Source of the DNA: Fonticula alba ATCC 38817
Taxonomy: Eukaryota; Protista; Nucleariida
Assembly: GCA_000388065.2 (NCBI GenBank)
Contig: KB932201.1
Reading direction: 5' to 3' (one strand)
Length of the DNA: 64,000 nt
The notes beneath the pieces were generated by a model that saw only the letters and a list, made by a program, of their open reading frames with translations, was not told where the DNA came from and did no database searches. Position 1 is the stretch's first letter, and each line of letters opens with the position of its first letter. The translations under genes and the position numbers were made by a program. Shown here piece after piece: positions 34,287 to 47,019 of this stretch.

Positions 34287-37200
34287 TTGTTGTTGTTGTT
34301 GTTGCTACTGCTACTGCTGCTGCTGCTGTTGCTGCTGCTACTGCCGCCGCTGCCGCTGCCGCTACCGCTGCCATTGCTACGGCTCGGACCAGTGTCAGAG
34401 CTTCCACCACCGGCGGGCGGTGCATCCGGGCCAAAGGAGTACCCGGGCACCGGGACATTCCCCGGGGAGAAACCCAAAGCCGGGCTGGATCCCGGCAACA
34501 GAAGGGCATGGCGCGGCCCCGGCGGCGGGGAGGCCGTCGGCGCGGCCACCGGCTCACCGGGCAAAAAGAAAAACCGCCCGGTGCCGGGCTCCGGCGGCGA
34601 AACCGGCGGCGGTGACACCGGCCCCGTGGCCGAGGGCGAGGGCTGGGGGGATACATGCGGCGAAGGGAGCAACAGCGGGGCGATGTTTCGGATGGCCGGC
34701 CGGTCGGTCCGGTCGTCGGAACCCACCTCCCCGATGTCGGCCACCAGCTGCTGGTCCCAATCCGACGCCGAAAAGGAGGACGATGAAATCTCCGAATACA
34801 TGGATGACAGCCGCTGATACAGCAGTGGCAGCGAATCGGACGAACAGCTGGACATGGCGGACGAGGCGGTGGGCGCCTCGCCGGCCGACCGGGGCCCGAG
34901 GGCGGCCGACGCGCTGATGCTCCGGCGAAAGGGCGGCACCACGGTCGAGCCAGCTGGCCGACCCCCGACACCCACCCCGGCAAAGGCGGCTCCCCCGGCG
35001 ACGCCGGAGCTGCCAGCTCCACCGCCGGTCGCCAGGAAACCGCCACCGGCCGGGGGATCGCCACCGCCGGACCTGCCGCCGGGGGGGCCGCCCGCCGCAT
35101 CCGGCGCCCCGCCGGCGGGGCTGCCAGCCAGCGGCCCCTTCCCCAGACCGGCCGCCCCATTGGCGGACAGCTCGTCGCGCACATTGGCAAAGACCGCTGC
35201 CGAGGCACTCGAGAAGGGCTCCGCCGCCAGGGCACGCAGTTGGGTGCTGTCCTGTCCCACCGGGACCAATCGCACGGCATCCAGCTCCCACGTGTCCTGG
35301 AAGACCGGACCACAGCGACTGTCCAGGGCCAAGAGCGAGGCCACCACCCCGGAAGCCGCCCCCATGGGCCAGCCGCCAGGAGGCTCCTCCGGCAGGGTTC
35401 GGGCCCCGGCCGGGCCGCCGCCGTCGCCGCCTCGGCCACGGGCCGCCTCGGCCACTTGATCCAGGGAAAAGCCCAACTGGTCGAGCTTGACCAACAGCGC
35501 CCGAAGCAGGAAGGCATCCGGCTGCGGGCCCGGGGGCAGCCCCGGTGCGGCGACCATCGCGCAGTCCAGCTGCTGGATGGCCCGATTCACCAGGGCCACA
35601 ATGCCATCGGCGGCAGCGCCCGCGCTGGCCGGCCGAAGGTCCGGATCGGCGCGCATCAATCGGCACACCGTCCGGATGAAGGTCTCCGAGCGGTCGATGA
35701 AGAGACACACCGTGAAGTCGTCCGACCGCAGCCGGCCCAAATCCTGCGTCGTGGTCGGGCTTGGCTCCAGCACCGACAGATACATGAACAGGGCACCGCA
35801 GGCGAAGAGATCCGCCCGGGCCAAGTCCAGTCGGATGGTCGGGTCCTCGCGCAGGACCGAGGACATCGGCACCGTGGCCGAGCCGCCGGCTGCCGCGTGC
35901 TGGCCGCGCAGGTGCGCCCGCAAGGTCGTCAGCGAGATGATCTCCGGCGCCAGGTACAGCCTCGACCCCTCGACCACATTGGTCCGGGGAGTGTCGCGCG
36001 GGACCGCCAGGCCGAAGTCCGCCAGGCGCACGGCCCGCGGATCGGCCGAGCTGAGCAGCAAGTTCTCCGGCTTGACATCCAAGTGGGCGAAGCCCAGCGA
36101 GTGCAGGGCCTCCAACGCCCGCAGGGTCCCGTGCAAATAGCACCAGGCGTCCGCCTCGTCAAGCACGCGGTTTTGCTTCTTCAGACCATTCATAATGTCC
36201 GACAGGCTGGCAGCAGAGCAGCACCGAGCGGGGGTAGAGAAGCGGCGGCGTGGCCGCGGTCAGCGAACGGCCACCGGGCGCACTGGGTGGGAGTGGAACT
36301 GGAAGGGAGAAATAGGACGCACCTGCCAACACACAGCTCTGTGGCGATGTAGAATATCCGGTCCTGCTCCCAGGCACGCTCGATTTGCAGGCAAAAGGGC
36401 GCCCCGCGAAGCTTGAAGAGGACCGAGATCTCGTCCAGCGCACGGCGGCGCTGGGTATTCCCGGAGTATGGGACCAAGAAGCACTTGACAGCTACCAAGT
36501 GCCGGGCCTGGGCCGGGGGGATGCCACCATTGTGCAGAACCAGCTGCCCGGTTGGCAGGCGCAAGCTCCCGGCCAGCATGACGTCCTCCTCCCCGGACCC
36601 GGAGGAAACCGGAGACCCGCCCCCATCCGAGGAGCTGGAGGAGGAGGACGAGGAGGACGAGGAGGGATCGGTGGACATGAGGTCCCCGCTGTCGACCGGA
36701 GGAAACTCCGGCCCCGACAGCGCGTCCTCCAGGTCATCGTCCGAGGGCGAGGGGGCCGCCGCATCGCCGGACCCGAACCCACTGTCGGATCCACGCATGG
36801 CCGCATCGGCCTCCTCCTGATGCAGCAGCATGCCGAAGTCCATGGCCGAGGCCGAGCCAAAGATCAGGGGTGCGGCTGGCTCGCCCGCGGAAAGGCCGGG
36901 CATCCCCGACAAATGGTCCTCCGCGTCATCGCTGTCGTGCTCGCTTTCCTCCGGCAACGGAACCGGCACGGCCAGAAGGTCCAAGCCTCGGCCACCAAAG
37001 GTCAGGTGCTGCCGGTCGCCGACATGCAGCAAGCTGCCCGTCGGGCGCTGCAACATGCTCGGCTCTTCGAGGTAGGAGCCCGACAGGGCAATGCCACCCG
37101 GGCCGGCCGGGCGCCGCCGGGCAAAGGGTCGGCCAGGGGCCAAATGCGAGTTGGAGAAGGTAGCCACGTACACCGCGGCGAAGTCGCCGCGGCCAATTTC

Positions 37201-37851
37201 CACAAAGCTCCAGGACGACTGTGCGACCGGGGCCCCGGTGACCGGGTCCCACCGGAGCCCCGATCCGCACAAGCATCCCGGGTGAGGCCGAGGCGAGGCA
37301 TCGCCGGACGATGTGCCACCGGGCTCGAGGGGCCGAGCCTGGGGAAGCGTCCCGGCCAGGGGCGCCCGGCTGACCGGGCCCTCATACAGGGCCTCACTCA
37401 AGGCGCCGAGCCGTGGACCGGGCATACCCTCGCTCGGGCCGAGCCCGGGCGAGGAGGACCGATCGCGCACGGGGAACTCCGGCGCCGATTGCCGGCGCAG
37501 GGGAGACCGATTCCGGTAGACACATACCTGACCGGTGTCATCGCATCCGGTGCAATCCCGGTGCGAGGCCACCAGGGGGGACATCTGGGCCGGGGGCGCG
37601 GTGGAGGCCGCCAGCGTGACCGGGGGCGCCGGCCGGCAGACGCAAATGGCCGGCGGGCCGGCCGGCTTGACACTCGGCTGGAGCATCTGGTCGAAGATCG
37701 AGGAGAAGTAGTTCGATTGCGACAGGAAGTGCGTCTCAATGAGCGGGTAGGCGGAGCCCTCATTGGGCAGGGGAGCCGGGGCCAGGGCTACGGCATGCCA
37801 CAATCGGTGCCAGGGAGTTGTCAGTACCATGGACAAGGGGGTAGGCGGGGG

Positions 37852-37894
<43 letters not shown>

Positions 37895-38983
37895 GAGGAG
37901 GCGGACGCACGGCCAGGCGCCATGGTCAGGCGGATCGGGTGCCAGGAGAAGAGAGCCGTCCCAGGCCGGGTCAATTGCGGCTTCTTGATCGGGGGATTGT
38001 GCGCGGAGCCATTGCCGCTGCCGCTGCCGCTGCCGGCGTTGCTGACGCCAGGCGATGCGACCACACCGGCACCGGTTGCGGCCGAGTGACGGTGGTGAAG
38101 GTGGAGACGACTCTGCGCCGGGAAGGCCCCGGCGCCAAGACCGAAGCCTGGGTCCGATCCGGGCGCCGCATTCCGATGCGGCACCGAGTGCAGCGGTTGA
38201 CCGGGGGTGGCATGAGCAGACGGGGTGACCATGGTCGCCTCGGCGGTCGCGGCCGCCGCCGCCGCCGCAGCAGCAGCAGCAGCAGCGGCCGCTCGGGCCG
38301 TCATGGACGTCGGGTCCGGCATCGAGGAGGACAACGGCCGGGGGAGGAGGCCCGGAGCCACAGTGGCTGATACTGGAGGGGAGCCCGGGCGAAGGCCTCC
38401 CACCAAGGGTCCAGCCCGGCCACTGTCGGCATCGGCAATGCCGCTGGCGATGGTGGCTGCACCGCCGGCACCATCACTGCCATTGTCATTGTGGCTGCCG
38501 CTGCTGTCGTTGGAGGCGGTGGCGGTGGCGTCGCTGCCACCGCGCCAAAGACCACCACGCACAAGTGGCGCCAGACCGCGGATGCCGGCCATTTGGTGTG
38601 ATAGACTGGACCGCCGCCGGCCGAGCGAGGCAAAGAGCTGCCGGGCGGCGCTCGGCTGGGCGGACCCCGATGCCCGAGCCGAGGCCTGGGAAGTGGAGGC
38701 CGACGGGGGCGCCGGAGCTTGCAGGCGATCGGCCCCAATGAAGCGCACCACGCCGGCTGCCGCCGGGAGGAGATTGCGGAAGGCACTGATCTTGGAGCCG
38801 AGCCCGCCGCGCGAGACCGGAGCGGGCGCGCGCACTGGTGCCGGCGCCGGCGCCGGCACCGGTGTACCTCCCTCGGGCGGTGTGTGGCACGGGGACGACA
38901 GGTCCATGCTCGGGGAGCTTGAGGGAAGGTGCTCATATGACAGGGCCAGGCTGTGCCCAGTGCTCAGGCGAGAGAGCGGTAGG

Positions 38984-39024
<41 letters not shown>

Positions 39025-40790
39025 AGGTGGGGGGGGAGGTGGCGGCGGTGGCGGTGACGGGCAGCTAGACGATGGAGCCGAGGATAGGCACGAGAAGAAG
39101 GGGGACGAGGAAAAGGAATGGCCCCCGGTCGAGTTGAAGGGCGAATCACCGGGCAAGGGCCCGGCGCCGGGCATCGCATGAGACACATCCGTCGGCATGG
39201 CCAGGCGCGAAGCCGGGGCCGGGGCCGGGGCCGCAGCCGGGGCTGGGTCCAGGTCGACCGGGGCCGCCTCAGTCGGAGCCCCGGCCATGGAGCTGGTGGC
39301 CGACCGAGGGGCCATGCCTTCGCGGCTCCGCCGCCGGCGGATCAGCTGTCGCCGGAGGAAGCGACGCTCCGTGTGCCCGGTGGCCGGGGTGCTGGGCGGA
39401 TGCTGCCACGGCCGGGCCGGCAGGGCTAGGATGAAAGGGGACGAGCAATTTAGACGCAAACACCGCGGTGAAGAAAGGGCAGGCAGGCCGGCCGGGGTGG
39501 GGTCGCCATCGGTCACAGGCTTGGCCAGGTCCACCACCGACGGTATGGCCAGATTGTAGGCTCCCATCAGATGCTGTGCCTCGGAGAAGGGAAGCTCACC
39601 GCCGACGCCGGCGCCAGCGCCGCCGATGGCCGGCGGGCAGGTGAGCGAACTCGCCCGGAAGGAAGCCTCCAACAGGGACATGGACGAACGGCCGGGCAAA
39701 AAGCCAGGACCTCCGGGGGGACCGGGATCGGCTGCCCCGGGCGATGGGCCGCCCGCGGCCGCCGGGCTGCAAAAGGGCAACCCGAAGCTCGGGCAGACAC
39801 AGCGCCCGGCGATCGACTGATCTTCCCCCTGCCCGGTCGGCCGGTAGAGCATGACCGAAACACAGGGACCGTGATTGGGGATCGGGGCACCGGCAGCAGA
39901 GCCAGCAGCCCCGGGCCCAGAACCCGAGATCGAGCCCTGGCCAAGGCTGGCATGGGGCTGCCGGACAAAGAGAGGCCCGGCCGTCCGGCAGGGGGACGGC
40001 GCATCGGCCCCGGCCGGGGCGGCGGAAACCCCACCGGCCGTGGCAAAAGCCGCGGCAGCATTCCCATGCAGGGCCGCACGGTGGCCCATCCCGGCAGGGC
40101 CCCCGGAGGCATCCAGCGAGGAGGACAGCGCCGGACCGAGCAGGGGCCCGATGGGCGTGGGAAATGCCCCGGCCGATGGCCAGAAGGATCCGGAGGACAG
40201 GAAGCCCGAGTCATAGGATTGTGACCGGTGCACTAGCACCGGGGACTCGGTGTCAATCGGCGCACGCTCGAAGCCCTCCTGATAGGGCCGCGGCGAGGCG
40301 AACGTCGTGCCGGCCGGGATCGGGATGGAGGGGCTGGCGGGGCTGGGCCGGCCTCCCACGGTGGAAGCCCCCCCGGCCGGGGGCTGCAATGACGAGGGCA
40401 TATGCCGCGCCGGGGAGAGAACCGCCGTCGAGGGGATGCCGGGATCGCCGCCGGTCACCGGGGACGGACGCCGACGGAGGGCCGACGCATGGAGGGGCCC
40501 CAGGTCTGGCTGCTGGGCCTGCGAGAGCCCCTGCGACAGGGAGGACACGAAGCCCGGGTGGAACCCCGGGCGCCCGGGCACCGGGAGAGCCGGAGCCCCG
40601 GGGAAATTGGGGCTCGTGCTGGGCACTGGATGAGGCAAGGGACGCAGCCCGGCCAGCAGGGACGGCGAGGACAACAGGGGGACAGGCCCCGGGGCCGGTG
40701 AAGCCGCAGCCGGGACACTGATGCCAGCAGTGCCATGGCCGCCACCCCCGGGATCACCAATGGCACTGATGTTGCTGATGTTGCCAGCCA

Positions 40791-40824
<34 letters not shown>

Positions 40825-41250
40825 CGGCGGCGGCGGCGGTGACGGCGACGATGGCGGTGGTGGCGGCGAAGTGGAAATCCGATAAGGGGCGGGACGCTTG
40901 GCAGCGGCGCCGGCCGACGGAGCAGCGGCCAGCAGATCCCCGGACGCCGGCGGTGGCGTGGAGAAGGATCGTGGCCGGCGTTCGGCCAGCGGCGACCCCA
41001 GGCGCTTGGTCCCATGGCGGAAGGACCGGAGGAGGTTCTGCGTGGGGGTCAGCTGCGAGGCCTCTTGGTTGGCGGTGGTAGGCAGCCGCTCGGGGAATGG
41101 AGATGCAGTGGTGCCGGCCCCGGCTCCGGCAGTGGTGGTGGCGCTTGGGCTGAGGGCGGCCGAAAGGCCGTCGGTCCCGATGCCACTGCTCGGCGAAAGA
41201 GGCGACAGGGGCGAGTGTGGCGGCGGCGAAAGAGAGGCCCCATCGCTGCC

Positions 41251-41304
<54 letters not shown>

Positions 41305-41538
41305 GCCATCATCGCCCGAGATGGGCATCGCGATGTCCGGCGACTGGGTGATGATCACAACCGGCACAGGCCGAGCCCCAAACGGGTGCGGGTTCCCCGG
41401 CGACCGAGGGGCATCGAGAGGCTCGGCCGGGTAAAAGCGCGATCCGGATGAGCCTGGCGGGAGGCCGGCCCCCTCGGCCTGAGCGGCGGCCGGCCAGGTG
41501 CCTGTCGACCAGGCGGTGTTCGGGTGTGGTGGAGCCAT
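33350..41538 (-). CDS. Wee1/Myt1/Swe1-like protein kinase with very long low-complexity flanks, ~2649 aa
   Basis: join(41538..37911,37787..36323,36206..33350). Kinase motifs: IGRGDFAAVY, VAVK, RRRALDEI, WEQDRIFYIATELC, HLDVKPEN, LADFGLA, VVEGSRLYLAPE, ADLFACG, LRSDDF, DPDLRP. HLDVKP and EG-x-R-x-Y-x-APE point to the Wee1 family. Confidence 0.8.
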
Positions 41539-42311
41539 TGCGCCTGATGGGCGTTTGAGGGGCGTGCGTGCGTGTGTTTGGGCGTATGTGTGTAGACACT
41601 GGCCTGCGTGTGTATGGGTGGGGGGGTGTGTGTGTGCAGCAACAGGAAGGCAAGAGCCACGGGGCAGGCCGAGGGCTCTGGCAGGCGGGCGGGCGGGCGG
41701 GCAGGCGCACGAGGCGAGGGGTAGGCCACGGGGGTATACGGTGGCGGGCGCGCGTTCACGGGCACGCGCCACCGAGTAGCTGTCTGGTGAGCGGCCTCGT
41801 TGGCTTGGGGCAGGCCTCTGGATGGGGGCGTGCGTACGTGTGTCAGTGATGGGGGCGGCAAGGACACGGGACGGCGGTAGCTAGATCGAGAGAGAAAGAG
41901 AGAGAGAGAGAGAGAAAGGAAGGGAGGATGGCAGGCTGGGCGTACCAGGGATCGCCAGTATCAGAGGCAGGGAAAGAGGAAGGACAGTGGTCGGAGGGAG
42001 CCCCTAAGTCGCAAGCATGTGTTATGGGGGAGGGGAGAGGGGGCAAGAAGAGGAAGAGGGAGTAGGGGGGGGGGAGGATGGGGGGGAGGAGGGCGAGGAG
42101 AGAGTGCGCCGTGGCAGCACTCCAAGGCGCGCAGGTGTAAAGGGACGGGGAGGGATGAGGCCGATCGCCGTATCTCCTGCCGGTCATGAACCCATTGAAA
42201 TCCCTCGTCCCCGGCAACCGCCACGCCAAGCAGCCCACAGCCGAGGGGGGTGGGAGGGGGGGGCCTTTCCCGTGCTTGGTCAGCCATTTCCGCGGACCGA
42301 GTGCGAGAGGC

Positions 42312-42371
42312 GGGGGGGGGGGGGGGGGGGGGGGGGGGTTGGTGGTGGTGTCTCGTTGGTTGGTGAGCGGG

Positions 42372-42419
<48 letters not shown>
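42312..42419. repeat. Poly-G tracts (G27 and G47), i.e. poly-C in the kinase 5' leader
   Basis: Runs at 42312..42338 and 42373..42419. Homopolymer lengths may be unreliable. Confidence 0.85.
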
Positions 42420-42420
<1 letters not shown>

Positions 42421-42473
42421 GCACCGCAGCCGGCGCCTCTCGCGCCTTGGTCATGTCGCGCGCGCTCGCACCG

Positions 42474-42500
42474 AAAAAAAAAAAGCGCCCAACCAATCAG
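42474..42500. promoter_or_regulatory. Probable promoter of the kinase: poly(dA) tract plus CCAAT box (AACCAATCAG)
   Basis: A11 at 42474..42484 and CCAAT at 42493..42497, about 950 bp upstream of the ATG. A 5'UTR intron (GTACGC donor at 41945, CTGAC branch, CAG acceptor at 41818) lies in between. Confidence 0.35.
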
Positions 42501-45500
42501 CCACAGTCATCTAGCCGGCGAAGGCGGGCCACGGGCGAGTGCCGGCGAGCGGGACCGCGCCTCGGCCGACCACCACCAGGACCGTGGGGGGCTGGGCGAG
42601 TTGGCCGGGACCGGCCCTGGTGGTGCCCAATCTTGGGCGGGCGATCCGCGCGGCTCCCGCGGGGGTGCGGAGCCGCCGGCGTATTCGCGCGGCCCCAACT
42701 CAAGCGTGGCGGGGTCTCTCGGCTCCACAGCTTCTTGGCCCGGCCCTTGGCGGCCGGCCTGGGAGCTCGTCGGCCCCCCGCCCCCCCCCCGGCTCCCGCG
42801 TCTACTTGCGCTTTCCCGGGACCGCAGGATCCCGGGCCGTCTCTCTCAACGGCAGGGGGCCGGGGAAGGGCCGACCGGCCGGCAGGGAAGGCCGCCCGAA
42901 AGCAACCGGCGGCGCCGGCCTTGGTGACGGGGGAAAATAACGACCAGCGTCGGAGCGCCCCATCCGGCGGCCCGGGTCCCAGGATATTGGCGCCCGGCGC
43001 GCATGTCGGGGCGCGGCTCCCAAGCTGGGAAGGAGTGCGCGCGGCGCGCATGCGGCCTTGAATGGTTGGGGGCTGGCCGGTTTTCCCTGGTCGCCCTCAA
43101 CGTTGCCACAAAGCGGGGGGGGGGGGGAGGGGGCGAGGGAAGTCTGCAACTGCCAGGGAAGTGCGACAACGCGCCATTGGAGCTAATGTGGAATTTTAAT
43201 ACACATATTTATGCTTTTTTTCTTCCCCTTTGCCTCGCACCGGGTCTCGATGATTTGGCCCGGAGCGGCAAACGGCCTGGCTCGGGCGCCGCCCCATTAG
43301 CCAGGCCGAGCGCCGCCCGCCCGGGTCCGGTGTTGGTGATCGCCTGCTTGCCAGCCGGCCGGGCGCCCGGGCCCGGGCGCGGGGTCAACGGTCTGACGGT
43401 GTCTGGGAAGGTCTCGTGCGCCAATTTGCAACGGCTCGCCAACGGGGACACGACCCCGGAGCCTCATTGATGAGTTTCTGCGAGCTGCGGAGATCCTCCG
43501 CCACTCGCCCGACCCGCCTCTCTGGCCCGCCGGCGGCGGAGGCCAGGTTGCCCCGCCCTTGTGGCCGCCGGACCGGCGTCCTTCCTCCCCAATGTGCCGG
43601 CTCCTGCGGCGTGGGCCGGGCGGGGGGGGGGGGGGGCTTCTTCCTGTCTGGGCGTGTGGCGCGGGCTCGGGGCCGCGCCCCGGGGCCCGGCGGCTGCCCC
43701 CGGTCGCGGTCGTGTCCCCCTTCCTGGGGGGTCTCCCGGCATCGAGACGCGTATACCGGTGAGCGCCTGCCCGACGGGACGCCGTTCGCTGTCCAGGGCC
43801 GGGCCGGTCCCGTCCCGCTCCGTCCGTTCCCCCCTGGCCCTGCCTGAGAGGCGCGTGCCGGCCGGGGGGGGGGGGGGGGGGNNNNNNNNNNNNNNNNNNN
43901 NNNNNNNNNNNNNNNNNNNNNNNNNNNNNNNNNNNNNNNNNNNNNNNNNNNNNNNNNNNNNNNNNNNNNNNNNNNNNNNNNNNNNNNNNNNNNNNNNNNN
44001 NNNNNNNNNNNNNNNNNNNNNNNNNNNNNNNNNNNNNNNNNNNNNNNNNNNNNNNNNNNNNNNNNNNNNNNNNNNNGGGGGGGGGGAGGATATGAGCCGG
44101 TCACGGTCGGATGCTCGCTCTGCGTCATCCATGGGAGGGGCGTTTCTGCGCGATCGCCCTGGCCTCTGGGGGCGGGGCCTGACCGCCGGCGGCCGGACAG
44201 ACCCGCGGCGAAGGTCCCCCCCCCCCCCGGCGGCGGGGGCCGTGGGCCGCCTCCCCTCGGGGCCTGCCACGAGCCGGAGCCGAGCCCGCGGCCTCTGGGC
44301 ATCATGAGCCAGGGCGATCGAGGAGCAGCGCGCGAAAAGGCGCACCGCGCCACATCCATCCTGCATCTCTGGCCGAGGGCCCAAGAAAACATTGGCCCCG
44401 GCAAGGGGACCGCGTCTTCATTCTCGCGATAGCCCTGTTGGAAGGGCGGGAAGCCGGACCGGATCCTGCCAGGGGCCTGGCCTTTGCCGGCCTGCCCCCC
44501 GTTCCTCGCGCGCCTGCTCGGGCATCAGTGGGGAGCGATGGCACGGGCCGGCGGGCGAGGCTGGCACCGACCGCGAGGGGCGCGCTCTGCTGGCTTGTGC
44601 GCCATGCCTTCCCACCCCTGGCAACCCCGGCGCATGCCAGCTGCCGGCGCGGCGTCCGGCGCCCGGGGCGCGGTCGCGTCCTCGCCGGCCTGCGCGCCAC
44701 CCCCGCCGGGTGGGACATGCCTCCTCCCGGGAGGAGGCACGTCCCGGGGGACGGTGGCAGGGGCGCTCGTCGGCTTGGACATCGTGGTGGTGGTGGTGCC
44801 TTTTGTTGCCGGCCCCGACCGTGAAACACATCCTCCCCCCTGCCGCCCTTGCTGCTTGGCCGTGAATGTTTGTGTGTCTGTGTGTCTGGGTGTGTGTGTG
44901 TGTGTGTGTGAGCGTATGTGTGTGGGTGCATCCGCATGCGCGGGGGTGCCCCCCCCCGGTGGTGGGGACTTTTGGGGGGCGCCGGCGCGCGGCGAGTCGC
45001 GCCGGGATGTTGGCCCGGCTCCCGGGCCGTGCTTCCTCTCCTTCACCTCGGAGGACGGCGGGTGCCGCGCCGATGGGGGCGGATGGCGGGGCATTGGCTC
45101 GCACGCGTGTGGTGCCCGCGTGGCCGGCGTCCCGGGTGTGCGCGCGCGCACGTTGACACACTCTTGAGCCCCATGGGGCTAGTCTCTAGACCTCCCTTAC
45201 TCTCTCTCTCTGTCCTACGCTGCCTCGCGGTTGCTTTCTCCGTCTCTGTCTCTCGGCCTTTGGGGACGATCCGTGGCCAGGGCACCCACCGGGGAGGGCC
45301 TGCTGTTTGTGCGCCACCCCAAGACCACAAACCCGGCTTCGTCCGCCACATAGGGGGCACGCGGCCGAGCGTGACTGGCCGGCATGCGGGCGCCCTCAGA
45401 AGCCGGCCCCCGTCCTTATCGCCGCCGCCGCCGCCGCCGCCGCCTCGCGCCTCCCCCGCCGCCGCATCTGCCCAGGGGCCCCTTCACTCCGCGCGGGTCA

Positions 45501-47019
45501 GCCCAAAGCCGATCACCAAGGCGCGCGCGGGCCCCCCACCCGACACGCTCTCCTCGGCATGCAGGTCGTCTCCTGTTCGCGCCAAGGGCGCCTCGTGCGG
45601 CCCCCGGTGCATGAAGCACGCTCGCGCCGGCCAGGCCCCTCCGCCGGCGGCGACCGGTCGCCGCCGGCGGAGGGGCACGCAGCGCGCACGGCGCCCGAGC
45701 CGACCGGCGCCCAGGTCTCGGGGCCGAGTCTGCCAAGGGCACCCGGGGCCGGATGTGTCGGCCGGGCCACCCCGCCTCATGGGTTCCGCCAGCGCCGGGG
45801 CCCCCTTGGCCCCGCGCCCCCGAAAACAGGCAAAACGCCTTTTCCGCCCTGCCCCCTCCGCCCGTGACCCGGGNNNNNNNNNNNNNNNNNNNNNNNNNNN
45901 NNNNNNNNNNNNNNNNNNNNNNNNNNNNNNNNNNNNNNNNNNNNNNNNNNNNNNNNNNNNNNNNNNNNNNNNNNNNNNNNNNNNNNNNNNNNNNNNNNNN
46001 NNNNNNNNNNNNNNNNNNNNNNNNNNNNNNNNNNNNNNNNNNNNNNNNNNNNNNNNNNNNNNNNNNNNNNNNNNNNNNNNNNNNNNNNNCCCCCCCCCCC
46101 CCCCCCGGCCCGAGGGCCGGTTCTTCGGCGTGGACACCCGCTCGTCCGGTCCCTCCGGCGGTCCAACAGGCCGACACTCGTGCGCACCCGTGCATGCGGC
46201 TCCTCGGGTCACTCCCCGCCCAGATGGTCGAATGCGCCCACACCTCCGCCTGCCAGTACTCGCCCTTGCCCACATTTGCCGCCCTGCCCTTGCTCCCTGC
46301 CTCGCCCCCTGCCCCACGGCCGACGCCTGAGAGGGCCGCACGAAAGGAGTCGGGCCACCTGCGCTCGGTCGCCCTTACCCCCCTGATCCCGGCAGACGAC
46401 GAATAGCACCGGGCCCGAGGCAAGCAAGCCCCCGCGCCCCCGCGCCCCCGCCCTCCGGTGCCGCCCGGGCGAGGATGGCATGGCCGAGGCGGCGCCCCCT
46501 CCATTGAAGCTGCCCCGTGCGCGCCCCCTCCTCCGGGCCCCTCGCCGCGCCTGGGACACCACGGCCCCGCATGCTGAAGCGGCAGGCCCGGGCGCAGGCC
46601 CGGGGTGGGGGCCGGCGGGCGGCGCCGGGGAGGGGGCCACCCCGGGTGAGCCGACGGTCGGCCAGGCGGGCAGATGCCCGCGCCCACACGCCCCCTCGCC
46701 GTGCCGGATGCACGGGGGCCACAGAGGGGGACCGGGGCCGCCTCGCCACACACATGCACGGGGGCAGGCGCGTGCCCCGCTCGGGCCAGCCCCCCGGGCA
46801 TGGCCCCAACCCCCGCCACCCAGATCGCACGGTGCCACCCGGCCGATGAGCCATCAGCGGCCGGCAGTAAATGACCCCGCATGCGCCCAACCCGCCCTGG
46901 CCGAGCCGCCGCACACCGCACAAACACGCACCACCGCCTCGCCCCGCCCCCCCGGCCGGCCAGCCCAAAGGCTGGGAGGCGCTTTTGTAGCCATAACGGC
47001 GAGAGAATGGTATTCCAGG

